A DNA stretch of 60,802 nt from Bacillota bacterium (GCA_009787915.1 WQSK01000002.1:1-60802), one strand, 5' to 3'. Positions 17,842 to 27,200 are shown, numbered from the stretch's first letter. Numbers and translations: made by a program. Notes: generated by a model not told the origin, from the letters alone.

Positions 17842-17905
17842 ATCTTTTATTGTAATTATTATACTTGTAACATGCAAATGAATATGATATAGTTAGGGCG
17901 CTCTC

Positions 17906-17926
17906 GGCACGGTCGGCAAGTAGTAA
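17906..17926 (+). repeat. Exact 21-nt duplicate of the tRNA-Cys 5' acceptor strand + D-arm (GGCACGGTCGGCAAGTAGTAA)
   Basis: Identical to 17988-18008. The two copies are separated by 61 nt that contain three small hairpins (AACATT/AATGTT, CCTTGC/GCAAGG, AGTAA/TTACT). Confidence 0.7.
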
Positions 17927-17987
17927 CATTTCGCGTTCTCTCAATGTTGCACCTTGCCTGTCTGCAAGGAGTAAGAACCTTTACTGT

Positions 17988-18062
17988 GGCACGGTCGGCA
18001 AGTAGTAAGCTCCAGGTCTGCAAAACCTGTATTCGTGGGTGCAAATCCCACCCGTGCCTCCA
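17988..18062 (+). tRNA. tRNA-Cys (anticodon GCA), CCA encoded
   Basis: Hand fold: acceptor GGCACGG/CCGTGCC; anticodon stem CAGGT/ACCTG with loop CTGCAAA; T stem GTGGG/CCCAC; discriminator U then CCA. Unusual points are a 3-bp D stem, a D loop AAGTAGTAA without GG, and a T loop TGCAAAT with G at position 55. Confidence 0.75.
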
Positions 18063-18080
18063 AATTCCCCCGCGGTTGTA

Positions 18081-18109
18081 TTGACAAAATGTGAGAATTG
18101 TGTTATATT
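18081..18109 (+). promoter_or_regulatory. Sigma-70-type promoter TTGACA-17-TATATT, 6 nt before ATG 18116 (leaderless)
   Basis: Read directly from the sequence. The track start at 18098 lies inside the promoter and is unlikely. Confidence 0.55.
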
Positions 18110-18115
18110 AACATG

Positions 18116-18736
18116 ATGGATTTATATGGAGAAGAGAGGGATGCATTTCATAAATTTTATAATGATGCACTTTCGGCTTGTGCAAGTGACGAGAGTAAGA
18201 TTCTTCAATCGCTGGTGGAAAGTCTTTTGGAAAAATCAATCGCAAGTAGAATGGGTTTTAGGTATGCCATAGCACGCCGTTGTGTTGGTAAAGATAGCAA
18301 CAGCATACCTGCCCAAGTCGATTGGGACAGTTTCGTACACTGTGCTCGGTCTGTTAAGGGATGTGAATTGCTTTTAGAACATATCGGTAAATTATTCGGC
18401 GAAGATGAGTGTTATAACGCTCAGCGCGCATATTTAATAAAAAAATTGCAAGAGTGCATGGAAAGAAGGCACGTCATAGGTGATGATAAAGAGTATCGAA
18501 AATCTTTTAAAGCATACGACTTTGTCACGGAATCTACCGTCAGACGGGACTCAGTTGGATACTTGAATGGAAAAGGGTATATTATAGATGAAATGTTGGT
18601 TGAATTGGCAAAGACGAAAGGTTTGGGTGACTGGTCTGTTACCGAGGAAAAAGGCTGTGGAAATTCACTAAAGAATGGCGGAAAACTTTCAACTACAACT
18701 AATCGTATGTGGATGCCTATACACAAAAAACTTTGA
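18116..18736 (+). CDS. Hypothetical protein (206 aa)
   Basis: MDLYGEERDAFHKFYNDALSACASDESK... No recognisable domain. First gene after tRNA-Cys, in a stretch that looks more AT-rich by eye. Confidence 0.5.
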   Translation: MDLYGEERDAFHKFYNDALSACASDESKILQSLVESLLEKSIASRMGFRYAIARRCVGKDSNSIPAQVDWDSFVHCARSVKGCELLLEHIGKLFGEDECYNAQRAYLIKKLQECMERRHVIGDDKEYRKSFKAYDFVTESTVRRDSVGYLNGKGYIIDEMLVELAKTKGLGDWSVTEEKGCGNSLKNGGKLSTTTNRMWMPIHKKL

Positions 18737-18766
18737 CAAATATCAAGAGTTGTGGTATTCTTGTGT

Positions 18767-20140
18767 ATGGCAAAAATCGTATCAATCGACCCAAGCAATA
18801 ACAAAGAAATCGGTAGCACAACAATCACAACCGAAAAAGAAATAATAACCCTTGTGCAAAAGTCCAAAAAAGCGCAACTTGGTTGGGGTGCGCTATCGGT
18901 CAAAGAAAGAATAAAACATATCAAAAGCATGTTTGATGTTTTCAAGGCAAACGAAGATAAACTTGTGAACCTTATATCAAAAGAAATGGGTAAAGGGGTA
19001 ACAAGTGCCCGTGGTTCACTTGATTTTTATTTTGAAAATTTACAATGGTACATAGACAATGCCGAGAGATGCTTGCAAGATGAAATTTTGAATGAAACAA
19101 AAAGCGAAATAAGCAAAATTGTTTTTGAACCCAAAGGTGTTGTAGCAAGCATAATCCCATGGAATTATCCATTTGGAATGTTTGTATGGCAAGGCTGTCA
19201 AAACTTGATTGCTGGGAACACTGTCATAATGAAACCAAGCGAATTCACAAGTTTAACAGGCAAGTTGATTGCGGATTTAATAGAAAAATCAAGTTTACCC
19301 AAAGATGTTTTTATCACAATATATGGTGATGGCAAAGTTGGCGAGATTTTGGTTAATCAGGATATAGACTTGATTTGTTTTACGGGGTCTACCGCGGTCG
19401 GGCAATTGTTGTATAAAAAAGCCGCTGAAAAGTTTATACCTGCACTTATGGAACTTGGTGGCTCGGCCGCTGGTATTGTTTTTGACGACGTAGATGTTGA
19501 CCATATTGTGGACAGTATTTACGAGAATCGCTTTTTGAATAACGGACAATCATGTGATGCACTTAAAAGATTACTTGTGCATGAAAGCAAGTTTGATATT
19601 GTTGTTGAAAAACTTAAAAAACTTGTGACTGGCAAAGTTGTTGGCAAACCATCCGACACAAAAACCGATATTGGTCCGTTGGTATCAAAAAGGCATTTTG
19701 AACTGGTAGCAAGTCAAGTTGACGATGCAATTAACAAGGGTGCAAAAGTAATTTGCGGAGGCAAAAAATTAAATCTTGATAACGGCAATTATTATGAACC
19801 AACAATCCTAACAAACATAAAAAAAGATATGCGGGTTTGGAACGAGGAAGTTTTTGGACCCGTTTTGCCCATCATGCCGTTCAAGACATTCGAGCAGGCA
19901 ATAGAGTTGGCAAACGATACAAGATACGGTCTTGGCGGCTATATATTCACAAGCAATAAAAACACGTTTGAAAAAGCCAGTCGTTTGTTAAAAACTGGTG
20001 GGCTTTGTCAAAATAATTTGTCGTATGTTCAACCACAAAACCCATTTGGTGGAACAAAGATGTCTGGGCTTGGTCGAAACAATGGCAAGCACGGCTTCCA
20101 AGAACTATGCAACCTCAAAGTGATTACCTGCGAAAAATAA
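18767..20140 (+). CDS. NAD(P)-dependent aldehyde dehydrogenase family protein
   Basis: MELGGSAAGIVFDD (ELGG motif), NNGQSCDALKRLLVH (catalytic Cys block), EEVFGPVLPIMPFKTFEQAIELANDTRYGLGGYIFT. Confidence 0.85.
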   Translation: MAKIVSIDPSNNKEIGSTTITTEKEIITLVQKSKKAQLGWGALSVKERIKHIKSMFDVFKANEDKLVNLISKEMGKGVTSARGSLDFYFENLQWYIDNAERCLQDEILNETKSEISKIVFEPKGVVASIIPWNYPFGMFVWQGCQNLIAGNTVIMKPSEFTSLTGKLIADLIEKSSLPKDVFITIYGDGKVGEILVNQDIDLICFTGSTAVGQLLYKKAAEKFIPALMELGGSAAGIVFDDVDVDHIVDSIYENRFLNNGQSCDALKRLLVHESKFDIVVEKLKKLVTGKVVGKPSDTKTDIGPLVSKRHFELVASQVDDAINKGAKVICGGKKLNLDNGNYYEPTILTNIKKDMRVWNEEVFGPVLPIMPFKTFEQAIELANDTRYGLGGYIFTSNKNTFEKASRLLKTGGLCQNNLSYVQPQNPFGGTKMSGLGRNNGKHGFQELCNLKVITCEK

Positions 20141-20187
20141 TTAAACCCTTTGACGGAATTTGTATTTTTGTGCTATATTGCTTTGCA

Positions 20188-20700
20188 ATGAAAACATTGT
20201 TTGAAACAAAAAGATTAAAAATCCGCGATTGGCAAAAAGGCGATGCCGCCGATTTATTCGAGTTGTCAAACACCGATATCTATGAATTTATTGAGGCATA
20301 CGGTTGGAAACCTATTAAAACAAAAAAAGACGCAGAGGCGATTATAGAGGCATGGACAAAAGGTGAAAAGCACCCTCTTTGCCCATCACAAAAATTACAG
20401 TACGCAATCGCATTGAAAACGGGGAAGGTCATAGGGACACTTGGTTTGTCAGAACGCGAGAGTGATGCAATCCAAGTCGGATTTATTTTTAACAGCAACT
20501 CTAAGGGGAAAGGCTATGCGACCGAGATGTTAATAGGTTTGATTGCGCACAACGATGCGCGGGGAATTAAAACCGTTGCTTATACATCCGAAGGAAACCA
20601 CGCCGCGGCGCGTGTAATGGAAAAATCAGGCATGAAATATCAATGCGAGGACCGCCTACCCGACATGCCGTTTGTACGATTTGTTGTATATTCGGTTTGA
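20188..20700 (+). CDS. GNAT-family N-acetyltransferase (RimJ/RimL-like)
   Basis: MKTLFETKRLKIRDWQKGDAADLFEL..., GFIFNSNSKGKGYATEMLIGLI, NHAAARVMEKSGMKY. Confidence 0.8.
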   Translation: MKTLFETKRLKIRDWQKGDAADLFELSNTDIYEFIEAYGWKPIKTKKDAEAIIEAWTKGEKHPLCPSQKLQYAIALKTGKVIGTLGLSERESDAIQVGFIFNSNSKGKGYATEMLIGLIAHNDARGIKTVAYTSEGNHAAARVMEKSGMKYQCEDRLPDMPFVRFVVYSV

Positions 20701-20732
20701 CCACAAAATGTTTTGTGTGCTATAGTAAAAAC

Positions 20733-21986
20733 ATGAAACTTTCGAACTCACCATTTAAAACATCAAAGACCCGTGGCACGGATGAATTTCGCTCTGTCGA
20801 AATCATGTTCCAATCGGGGCAGTTAAAGCGACACTCCGCAGGCGTGTATGGTTTTGGGCCATTAATGTTGCGTGCAATGAACAACACCGCCTCGATAATC
20901 CGCAAGCACCTAGACAAATGCGGATGCGTCGAGGTATCGTTGCCGTTGTTACAAGCCAAACCCCTGTGGGTCGAGAGCGGTCGTTTCGAGGCATACAAAA
21001 AAGCCGACACAACTTTTTATGCCAAAGGGCGCGATGGGGAATACTTTTTTTCACCCACTGCGGAAGAATTCATGCTGGATATAATCCGAAATCATGTGTC
21101 TAGTTATCGTGACCTAAATTTCAATGTTTATCAAATAGGGCACAAGTTCCGCGACGAGATTCGCGTGCGCGGTGGACTAACCCGTGGGAAAGAGTTTTTA
21201 ATGAAAGACGGATATTCTTACAGTGAAAGCAAAGAAGAAATGGAAAAAGCCTACGCAGTGATGAGGCAGTGTTATTTGGACATCTTTACCGAAATGGGGT
21301 TAAAAGCCGTTGCTGTCCAAGCCATAAACAACTTCGGCGGGAAAGTGTCCGAAGAAATCGTTGCTTTTTCTGACATGGGCGTAGACAAAATTTTGTACAA
21401 CGAAAAAACAGGCTTCGCGATTAACAGCGAAGTTTTGGACGACCCAACGACACGTGCTATTATAGAAGAAAAATACGGCAAAATTAACCCAGCAACCTTG
21501 GTGGAAAAAACCGCCCTGGAACTTGGGCACATTTTCCAACTTGAACAAGCCTATTCAAAAACCATGAACCTTAAGTTCACGGACAGAACTGGCAAGCCCG
21601 ACTTTTGTTGGATGGGAACATATGGTATCGGTGTAGGCCGCGCCATGAATGTGGTGCTAGAGCAAAATTGTGATAATGACGGTTTGGTTTTTCCGCTATC
21701 AATCGCCCCATACAAAATCGGGATAGTAAATTTAAACGACGCACCACAAACAAAAACCGCTGGGAAACTCTATGATTTTTTTACGAACAAAAATATTGAA
21801 GTTATCTGGGATGATAGAGATTTATCTTTGGGCATAAAAATTAAAGATATGCTCCTTTGTGGGATTCCGTATATCGTGATTATTGGCAAAAATCAGAACG
21901 GGGATAAACTCGAGGTCGAAGTCCGAAAAACGCGAGAGAAAAAATCTCTGACAAAGGGGGAGTTGGTTCGTGAAGTTACAGGGTGA
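20733..21986 (+). CDS. proS: Proline--tRNA ligase (short form without insertion/editing domain)
   Basis: GQLKRHSAGVYGFGPLMLRAMNN, YQIGHKFRDEIRVRGGLTRGKEFLMKDGYSY (motif 2), GTYGIGVGRAM (motif 3), and a C-terminal anticodon-binding-like region. Confidence 0.85.
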   Translation: MKLSNSPFKTSKTRGTDEFRSVEIMFQSGQLKRHSAGVYGFGPLMLRAMNNTASIIRKHLDKCGCVEVSLPLLQAKPLWVESGRFEAYKKADTTFYAKGRDGEYFFSPTAEEFMLDIIRNHVSSYRDLNFNVYQIGHKFRDEIRVRGGLTRGKEFLMKDGYSYSESKEEMEKAYAVMRQCYLDIFTEMGLKAVAVQAINNFGGKVSEEIVAFSDMGVDKILYNEKTGFAINSEVLDDPTTRAIIEEKYGKINPATLVEKTALELGHIFQLEQAYSKTMNLKFTDRTGKPDFCWMGTYGIGVGRAMNVVLEQNCDNDGLVFPLSIAPYKIGIVNLNDAPQTKTAGKLYDFFTNKNIEVIWDDRDLSLGIKIKDMLLCGIPYIVIIGKNQNGDKLEVEVRKTREKKSLTKGELVREVTG

Positions 21987-22788
21987 TTATCATACGCATA
22001 CACGCTTTAGTGATGGTAAAAACAATGTTATTGACATGGTTCGTGCGGCCAAGGAAAAAGGTCTTCGTGAATTTGCGATAACCGACCACAGTATTAACAA
22101 AATTATTAATGGTTTCAGGGGACGGAATTTTGACAGGTACCAAGGTGAAATCGAATCCGCGCGTGCGGAGATGCCCATGCTTGTGGGTATTGAGGCCAAT
22201 GTTGTTTCAACAAGTGGGCGGATTGACCTTGATAGACGTATGGAAGGAAAAACCGATATCGTCCTATGTGGTGTTCATGTTATGGTGATTTTTACGCCTT
22301 GGGCATTTTTGACGTTTTTGTTACCAAACGTGTTTTTTAGACTAATCCACTGGACACCTCAATTCATGCGCCGAAGAAATACAAACATTGTCACCCGTGC
22401 AATCAGAAACAACGACGTAGACGTATGGACACACCCAAATCGGTATGTGAGGCTTAATGTGCTGGAGGTCGCCCGTGTTTGTGTAGAGCGGGGAACGCTT
22501 ATTGAACTTAATGGGAAAAAGATTTCTTTCCGCCCGATTGATTTTGAAAAAATGCGTGCCTTGGGTGCCAAGTTTATTGTCAACTCGGACGCACACAACA
22601 CGCAATCTATCGCGAGTGTTGCCCGTGTCGAGGAGTTTTTGAAAAACTGTGACTGGGAGCAAAGCGACATTATAAATCTAAACCAAACCTACACGGAGTA
22701 CAAAAATGCAAAATCTACTGACGCAAATCAAGACGGAAATCCAGGTGCTGAAAAGCCAAAACGCGGAATCTTCGGTAGACGCAATTAG
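21970..22788 (+). CDS. PHP-family phosphatase
   Basis: GDYHTHTRFSDGKNNVIDMVRAAKEKGLREFAITDHS..., VNSDAHN. Confidence 0.7.
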   Translation: MKLQGDYHTHTRFSDGKNNVIDMVRAAKEKGLREFAITDHSINKIINGFRGRNFDRYQGEIESARAEMPMLVGIEANVVSTSGRIDLDRRMEGKTDIVLCGVHVMVIFTPWAFLTFLLPNVFFRLIHWTPQFMRRRNTNIVTRAIRNNDVDVWTHPNRYVRLNVLEVARVCVERGTLIELNGKKISFRPIDFEKMRALGAKFIVNSDAHNTQSIASVARVEEFLKNCDWEQSDIINLNQTYTEYKNAKSTDANQDGNPGAEKPKRGIFGRRN

Positions 22789-23278
22789 AAACCTTCTTTT
22801 GTCAGCCACAGGGAGTTTCAAAACCGCGTACCACCTAGAGTTTTTTGCCCCAGATGTTGTTTCGGCACACTATTTGTGCGAGCGTTTGGCGGTGCATAAC
22901 ATCTTTGCGAATATCACAAACAACAGGGTGTATATAAAAGACAGCGAAAGTATCTGTAATCTCCTTGCCTACGTGGGGGCGGTCGAGAGTTTGTGCGAAC
23001 TCAACAACCAAATCGCAATGCGAGAATGCAAAAATGTTTCTAATCGTCGTGCTAATTGTGACTCGGCGAACATTAAAAAGTCCGTTGAAACCGCACAAAA
23101 ACAAATCCAACTCTTTAAACAGATTAAACAAGGCGAAAAATTTGAAACCCTTGACGCGGAACTTCGCGCGCTGATTGAAACACGTTTGGAAAACCCAACC
23201 GCGACCTATGACGAGTTGGGGGAGATTTTGGGCCTCACAAAAAGTGCCGTTGTACGGAGGATAAAGAAACTGTCGTAG
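22706..23278 (+). CDS. whiA: WhiA-like DNA-binding protein, short (190 aa)
   Basis: NNQIAMRECKNVSNRRANCDSANIKKSVETAQKQ and a C-terminal HTH (RLENPTATYDELGEILGLTKSAVVRRIKKL) match the WhiA C-terminal half. Roughly the first third of canonical WhiA is missing. Overlaps the PHP gene by 83 nt. Confidence 0.6.
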   Translation: MQNLLTQIKTEIQVLKSQNAESSVDAIRNLLLSATGSFKTAYHLEFFAPDVVSAHYLCERLAVHNIFANITNNRVYIKDSESICNLLAYVGAVESLCELNNQIAMRECKNVSNRRANCDSANIKKSVETAQKQIQLFKQIKQGEKFETLDAELRALIETRLENPTATYDELGEILGLTKSAVVRRIKKLS

Positions 23279-23340
23279 ACTCCAATTTCTAAAAAATTAG
23301 TGACAACGGTGTGACAGCGAAAAAACAACCCTTAAAATAG

Positions 23341-23420
23341 GCTCCCGCGCCTTGCGCGGTTTGCTAATAAAGTGTCCGCGCCCGTTCGCTGAATTAGCAA
23401 ACCACACAAGGTGTGGGAGC
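23341..23420. other. 80-nt three-way-junction-forming element between convergent whiA-like and X4 genes
   Basis: Outer stem GCTCC/GGAGC, hairpin GCGC-CTT-GCGC, a 10-bp arm GTTTGCTAAT/ATTAGCAAAC with a 24-nt loop, and hairpin CACAC-AAG-GTGTG. Strand and function unknown. Confidence 0.35.
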
Positions 23421-23424
23421 ATAA

Positions 23425-23625
23425 TTAATCAAACCCGAATAAAAAATTGGGGTCGCATTCAAGGGCTATTGCAATTTGTCTTATCATATCTACAGACGGT
23501 TCACGTGTACCCCTTTCCCATGTGCTAACTGTTATTTGGTTTACGCTCAGCAAATCTGCAAGTTGATATTGCGTTAATTTTTTATCTTCACGCGCCTGTC
23601 TAAGCCGCTCGCCGAATTTTGCCAT
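23425..23625 (-). CDS. XRE-family single-HTH regulator X4
   Basis: MAKFGERLRQAREDKKLTQYQLADLLSVNQITVSTWERGTREPSVDMIRQIAIALECDPNFLFGFD. Confidence 0.8.
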   Translation of the reverse strand: MAKFGERLRQAREDKKLTQYQLADLLSVNQITVSTWERGTREPSVDMIRQIAIALECDPNFLFGFD

Positions 23626-23636
23626 AAATTAAAATA

Positions 23637-23679
23637 GTACAAAATGTACATATGGGTATTGACAGAGTACATAATGTAC
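23637..23679. promoter_or_regulatory. Two GTAC-centred operator-like palindromes (GTACA-AAA-TGTAC; AGTACAT-A-ATGTACT) overlapping promoter TTGACA-17-TAAAGT
   Basis: The second palindrome (23665-23679) fills the spacer between TTGACA (23658-23663) and TAAAGT (23681-23686). Confidence 0.5.
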
Positions 23680-23692
23680 TATAAAGTAGTTC

Positions 23693-23761
23693 CATGGAAA
23701 AACTTGTAAATACGGAGGATAAAGAAATTATCGTAGTTAAAAATTTAATCAAACCCGAATA
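23693..23761 (+). pseudogene. Truncated 5' remnant of the small gene found intact at 24014
   Basis: ATGGAAAAACTTGTAAA is identical to the first 17 nt of the 24014 gene (both begin MEKLV). It then runs into the duplicated X5 3' end and stops after 22 codons. Confidence 0.4.
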
Positions 23762-23945
23762 AAAAATTTGGGTCGCATTCGAGGGCTATTGCAATTTGTC
23801 TTATCATATCAACAGACGGTTCAGAAACCCCAGTTTCCCAATTGCTAATTGATGTTTGCCTCACATGAAGAATGTCTGCAAGTTGTGTTTGGCTCACCCC
23901 TTTTATTTGCCTTGCCTCTTTGATTTTCCCGCCGATATCTGTCAT
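23745..23945 (-). CDS. XRE-family single-HTH regulator X5 (tandem duplicate of X4)
   Basis: MTDIGGKIKEARQIKGVSQTQLADILHVRQTSISNWETGVSEPSVDMIRQIAIALECDPNFLFGFD. The last 25 aa and about 80 nt (23745-23825) are near-identical to 23425-23505. Confidence 0.8.
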   Translation of the reverse strand: MTDIGGKIKEARQIKGVSQTQLADILHVRQTSISNWETGVSEPSVDMIRQIAIALECDPNFLFGFD

Positions 23946-23978
23946 ACAAAACTCTATCAAGAAATTTGATATTTCTAC

Positions 23979-24007
23979 TTGCAATACCAAGGTTCTTGAT
24001 ATATAGT
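23979..24007 (+). promoter_or_regulatory. Sigma-70-type promoter TTGCAA-17-TATAGT, 6 nt before ATG 24014 (leaderless)
   Basis: Read directly from the sequence, in the X5 divergent control region. Confidence 0.55.
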
Positions 24008-24013
24008 GATTGC

Positions 24014-24211
24014 ATGGAAAAACTTGTAAAAATGCGCCAAGAACTTGAGGACTTTAAAAGAAGCGTCGGGAGCATCAACGCCTTTGTAAATTGTAAACTC
24101 CCCGAAAAGATGTACTCGTTTGACTTTGACGAACTCCAAGATTATTTGAAATACTTGTGCGGATATATTGATTGCATGATTGATTTTGAACTACCACTCG
24201 TGCTATCATAA
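24014..24211 (+). CDS. Small hypothetical protein (65 aa) divergent from X5 and immediately upstream of dnaE
   Basis: MEKLVKMRQELEDFKRSVGSINAFVNCKLPEKMYSFDFDELQDYLKYLCGYIDCMIDFELPLVLS. The stop lies 4 nt before the dnaE ATG. Confidence 0.5.
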   Translation: MEKLVKMRQELEDFKRSVGSINAFVNCKLPEKMYSFDFDELQDYLKYLCGYIDCMIDFELPLVLS

Positions 24212-24215
24212 AAAC

Positions 24216-27200
24216 ATGAGTTTCGTTCACCTACACGTTCACACAGAGTTCAGCCTTTTGGATGGGGCGGCGAGGATATCACGCCTTGCCAAAGAAGCCC
24301 GTGCAAAGGGCATGGATGCGTGCGCAATTACCGACCACGGAAATATGTACGGCGCATATCGTTTCTACAAGGCTGTCAAAGAATTCAACAAGGGCGCAAC
24401 CGACCGCGGGGAAAAACCTTTTAAGGCAATCATCGGTTGTGAAATCTATATTGTTAGTGATGCGACAAAAAATATTTTTTCCGAACACATAAACCACCTT
24501 GTACTTTTGTGCAAAAGCAACGAGGGCTATATAAACCTGTGCAAGATTAACACTTCCGCGTGGCTTGACGGTTTTTACAAAAAACCACGTATTGATTTCG
24601 AGTTTTTGAAAAAACATAGCAAGGGACTTATTTGTTTGTCGGCGTGTTTGGCTGGACCTGTCGCGTATTTATTAAAGCAAGGCATGACCGATGAAGCCAA
24701 GAAAATGGCATTGCTGTTAAAAGATATTTTCGGCGACGATTTTTATATAGAAATCCAAGACAATGGAATGGCTGACCAAAACGAGATGAACCCGAAACTT
24801 ATAAAGTTGGCGAGGGAGTTGAACATACCTTTGGTTGCAACAAACGATGTGCATTACCTATCGCGCGAGGATGCGGATATGCAACGCGCTTTGGTCTGTG
24901 TCACAACAAAAAAGTTTATTGACGAACCAAATGATATGCTTATGGAAACCGACGAGTTTTACCTAAAGTCCCCCGAGGAGATGAAAAAGAACCTTGGGAA
25001 AATCGCCCCAGACGCAATTGAAAACACGGTTAAAATCGCCGAGCAATGCAATTGCCACCCGTTTGGTTTCCAAGACCTGTTGCCACGCTTTGATGTGCCA
25101 GACGGGGGTGACAAGCAAAAATACTTTCGCAAACAAATCGAGGCAGGATTGGAGCGTTTGTACGGAAAACCCTTGTCAAAAGCAGTCAAAGAAAGATATG
25201 AAATGGAGTGCCACGTTATCACGAGTCAAAACTATGTGGATTACTTTTTGGTTGTTGCGGACTTTATGCAGTATGCAAAAGACAACGGAATTGCAACAGG
25301 TCCAGGAAGGGGCTCGGGTGCGGGGAGTATCATTGCCTATGCACTTGGGATAACGCGCCTTGACCCGCTTAAGTACAATTTGCTTTTTGAACGCTTTTTG
25401 CATTTGGAAAGGCCGTCAATGCCCGACTTTGATTTGGACTTTTGTTGCAATCGCCGAGCCGAAGTTATCGACTATGTTATAAACAAATATGGGGCGGCAA
25501 ACGTTTGCCAGATTATAACGTTTGGTACGCTTGCGGCCAAAGCGGCGATTAAGGATATCTCGCGCGTTTTCCGTATGCCGTATTCCGAGGTTGATAAACT
25601 TACAAAGCCTATCGACATTCCACAAACCGAAAAGCCCCCATTCTTGCCTTATATCTTTGGTTTGAAAAAACTTAGTAAGCCACTTGCCGAAGCCCCAGAA
25701 AAAGACCACATTGCGTATAACAAAGAATCTGAAAAACTGGCCCGTTTGAAAAAGCCCGAACTTATCGAGGCGTATAAAAACAATCCCGAAGTTAAAAAAG
25801 TTATAGACATGGCGTTAAAAGTCGAGGGCTTCCCGCGGAATTGTTCGACCCATGCGGCTGGCGTTATTATTTGTAAAGAAGCAATTGGAACAGTCACACC
25901 GCTTCAACGAAACGGCCCTGATATCACAAGCCAATATGACATGAAAGAGGTCGAAGAACTTGGGTTGTTGAAAATGGACTTTTTGGGTTTGATTACCTTG
26001 ACCGATATTCAGGGCACAATTAACGACATCAAAAAATACACGGGCAAAGAAATAGATATGTACAGTTTCAAATACGACGACCAGGCGGTTTTCAAAATGA
26101 TTACCGACGGTGACACCGACGGTGTGTTTCAATTGGAATCTGGCGGGATGAAGCGTGTGCTTCGCGACCTAAAACCCGATGTGTTCGAGGACATCATTGC
26201 TACCGTTGCATTGTTTAGACCTGGGCCGATGTCTATGATTCCTGATTATTGTAAAAACAAACATGACCCGAAACTGACAACCTATGAACATCCGATGCTT
26301 GAACCGATTTTGAGGAACACCTATGGGCAAATTGTTTACCAAGAACAGGTCATGGACGTGTTTAGAGTTATGGGTGGGTATAGCCTTGCCCAAGCCGACA
26401 TGGTGCGCCGAGCCATGGGGAAGAAAGACCCAAAGTTACTCGCGAAACAGCGTGATATCTTTTTGCAAGGCAACGAAAAGATGAAAATCAAAGGTGCCAT
26501 TGCAAACGGTGTTAAGTCTGCGGTTGCAAAAAGTATCTTTGAAAAAATGGAAAAGTTTTCAGGCTATGCGTTTAACAAATCTCACGCAGCGTGTTATGCG
26601 TATATTGCTTATCAAACCGCGTGGTTAAAGCATTATTATTACTCGTATTACATGGCAAATGTTTTGAACAACCGAATCGGCAAGTGGGATGACATGATTA
26701 AATATATCGCGAGTGTCCGAAACCGAGGTTTGGAGATTTTGTCGCCCGATATTAACAAGAGCGAAATCTTTTTCACCGTCGAGGGTGGAAACATCCGTTT
26801 TGGTTTAGCAGCCCTTAAAAACGTTGGGGAAGCGGTCATTGAATCGATTCTTAAAGAACGCAGAAAAAAGGGGGACTTTAAAAGTTTCGGGGACTTTTGC
26901 GGTCGTGTCGACACCGAGGTTTTAAACAAACGTTGTTTAGAGAGCCTTATATTGGGTGGCGCGTTTGACGGTTTTGGAAATACCAGAAGTTCGTTGATGG
27001 CGGTGTACCCAAACATTGCGAAACTTGTTACGGGTGAGAAAAAAGCGGCGACCGCAGGCCAAGTTTCTATGTTCGGTGAAATCAGCGACCAACTCAAGGT
27101 CGAAATCCCAAACGTCAAAGAATACGATTCCGAACACAAATTGAAACTTGAAAAAGAGGTTGTTGGGATATATTTGTCTGGCCACCCACTGGCAAGTTAC

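Noticed and set aside
17859-18044. 61-aa minus-strand ORF
   Set aside because: It overlaps the tRNA-Cys gene and its upstream duplicate, and no coding features are present.
23270-23422. 50-codon minus-strand ORF (MLPHLVWFANSANGRGHF...) starting 2 nt after the X4 stop
   Set aside because: It coincides with the strongly base-paired element and would overlap the whiA-like 3' end. Its counterpart after X2 is interrupted after 3 codons (MLP-stop), and the shared motifs are in different frames. An RNA/DNA-level element or a decayed gene is more likely than a live CDS.
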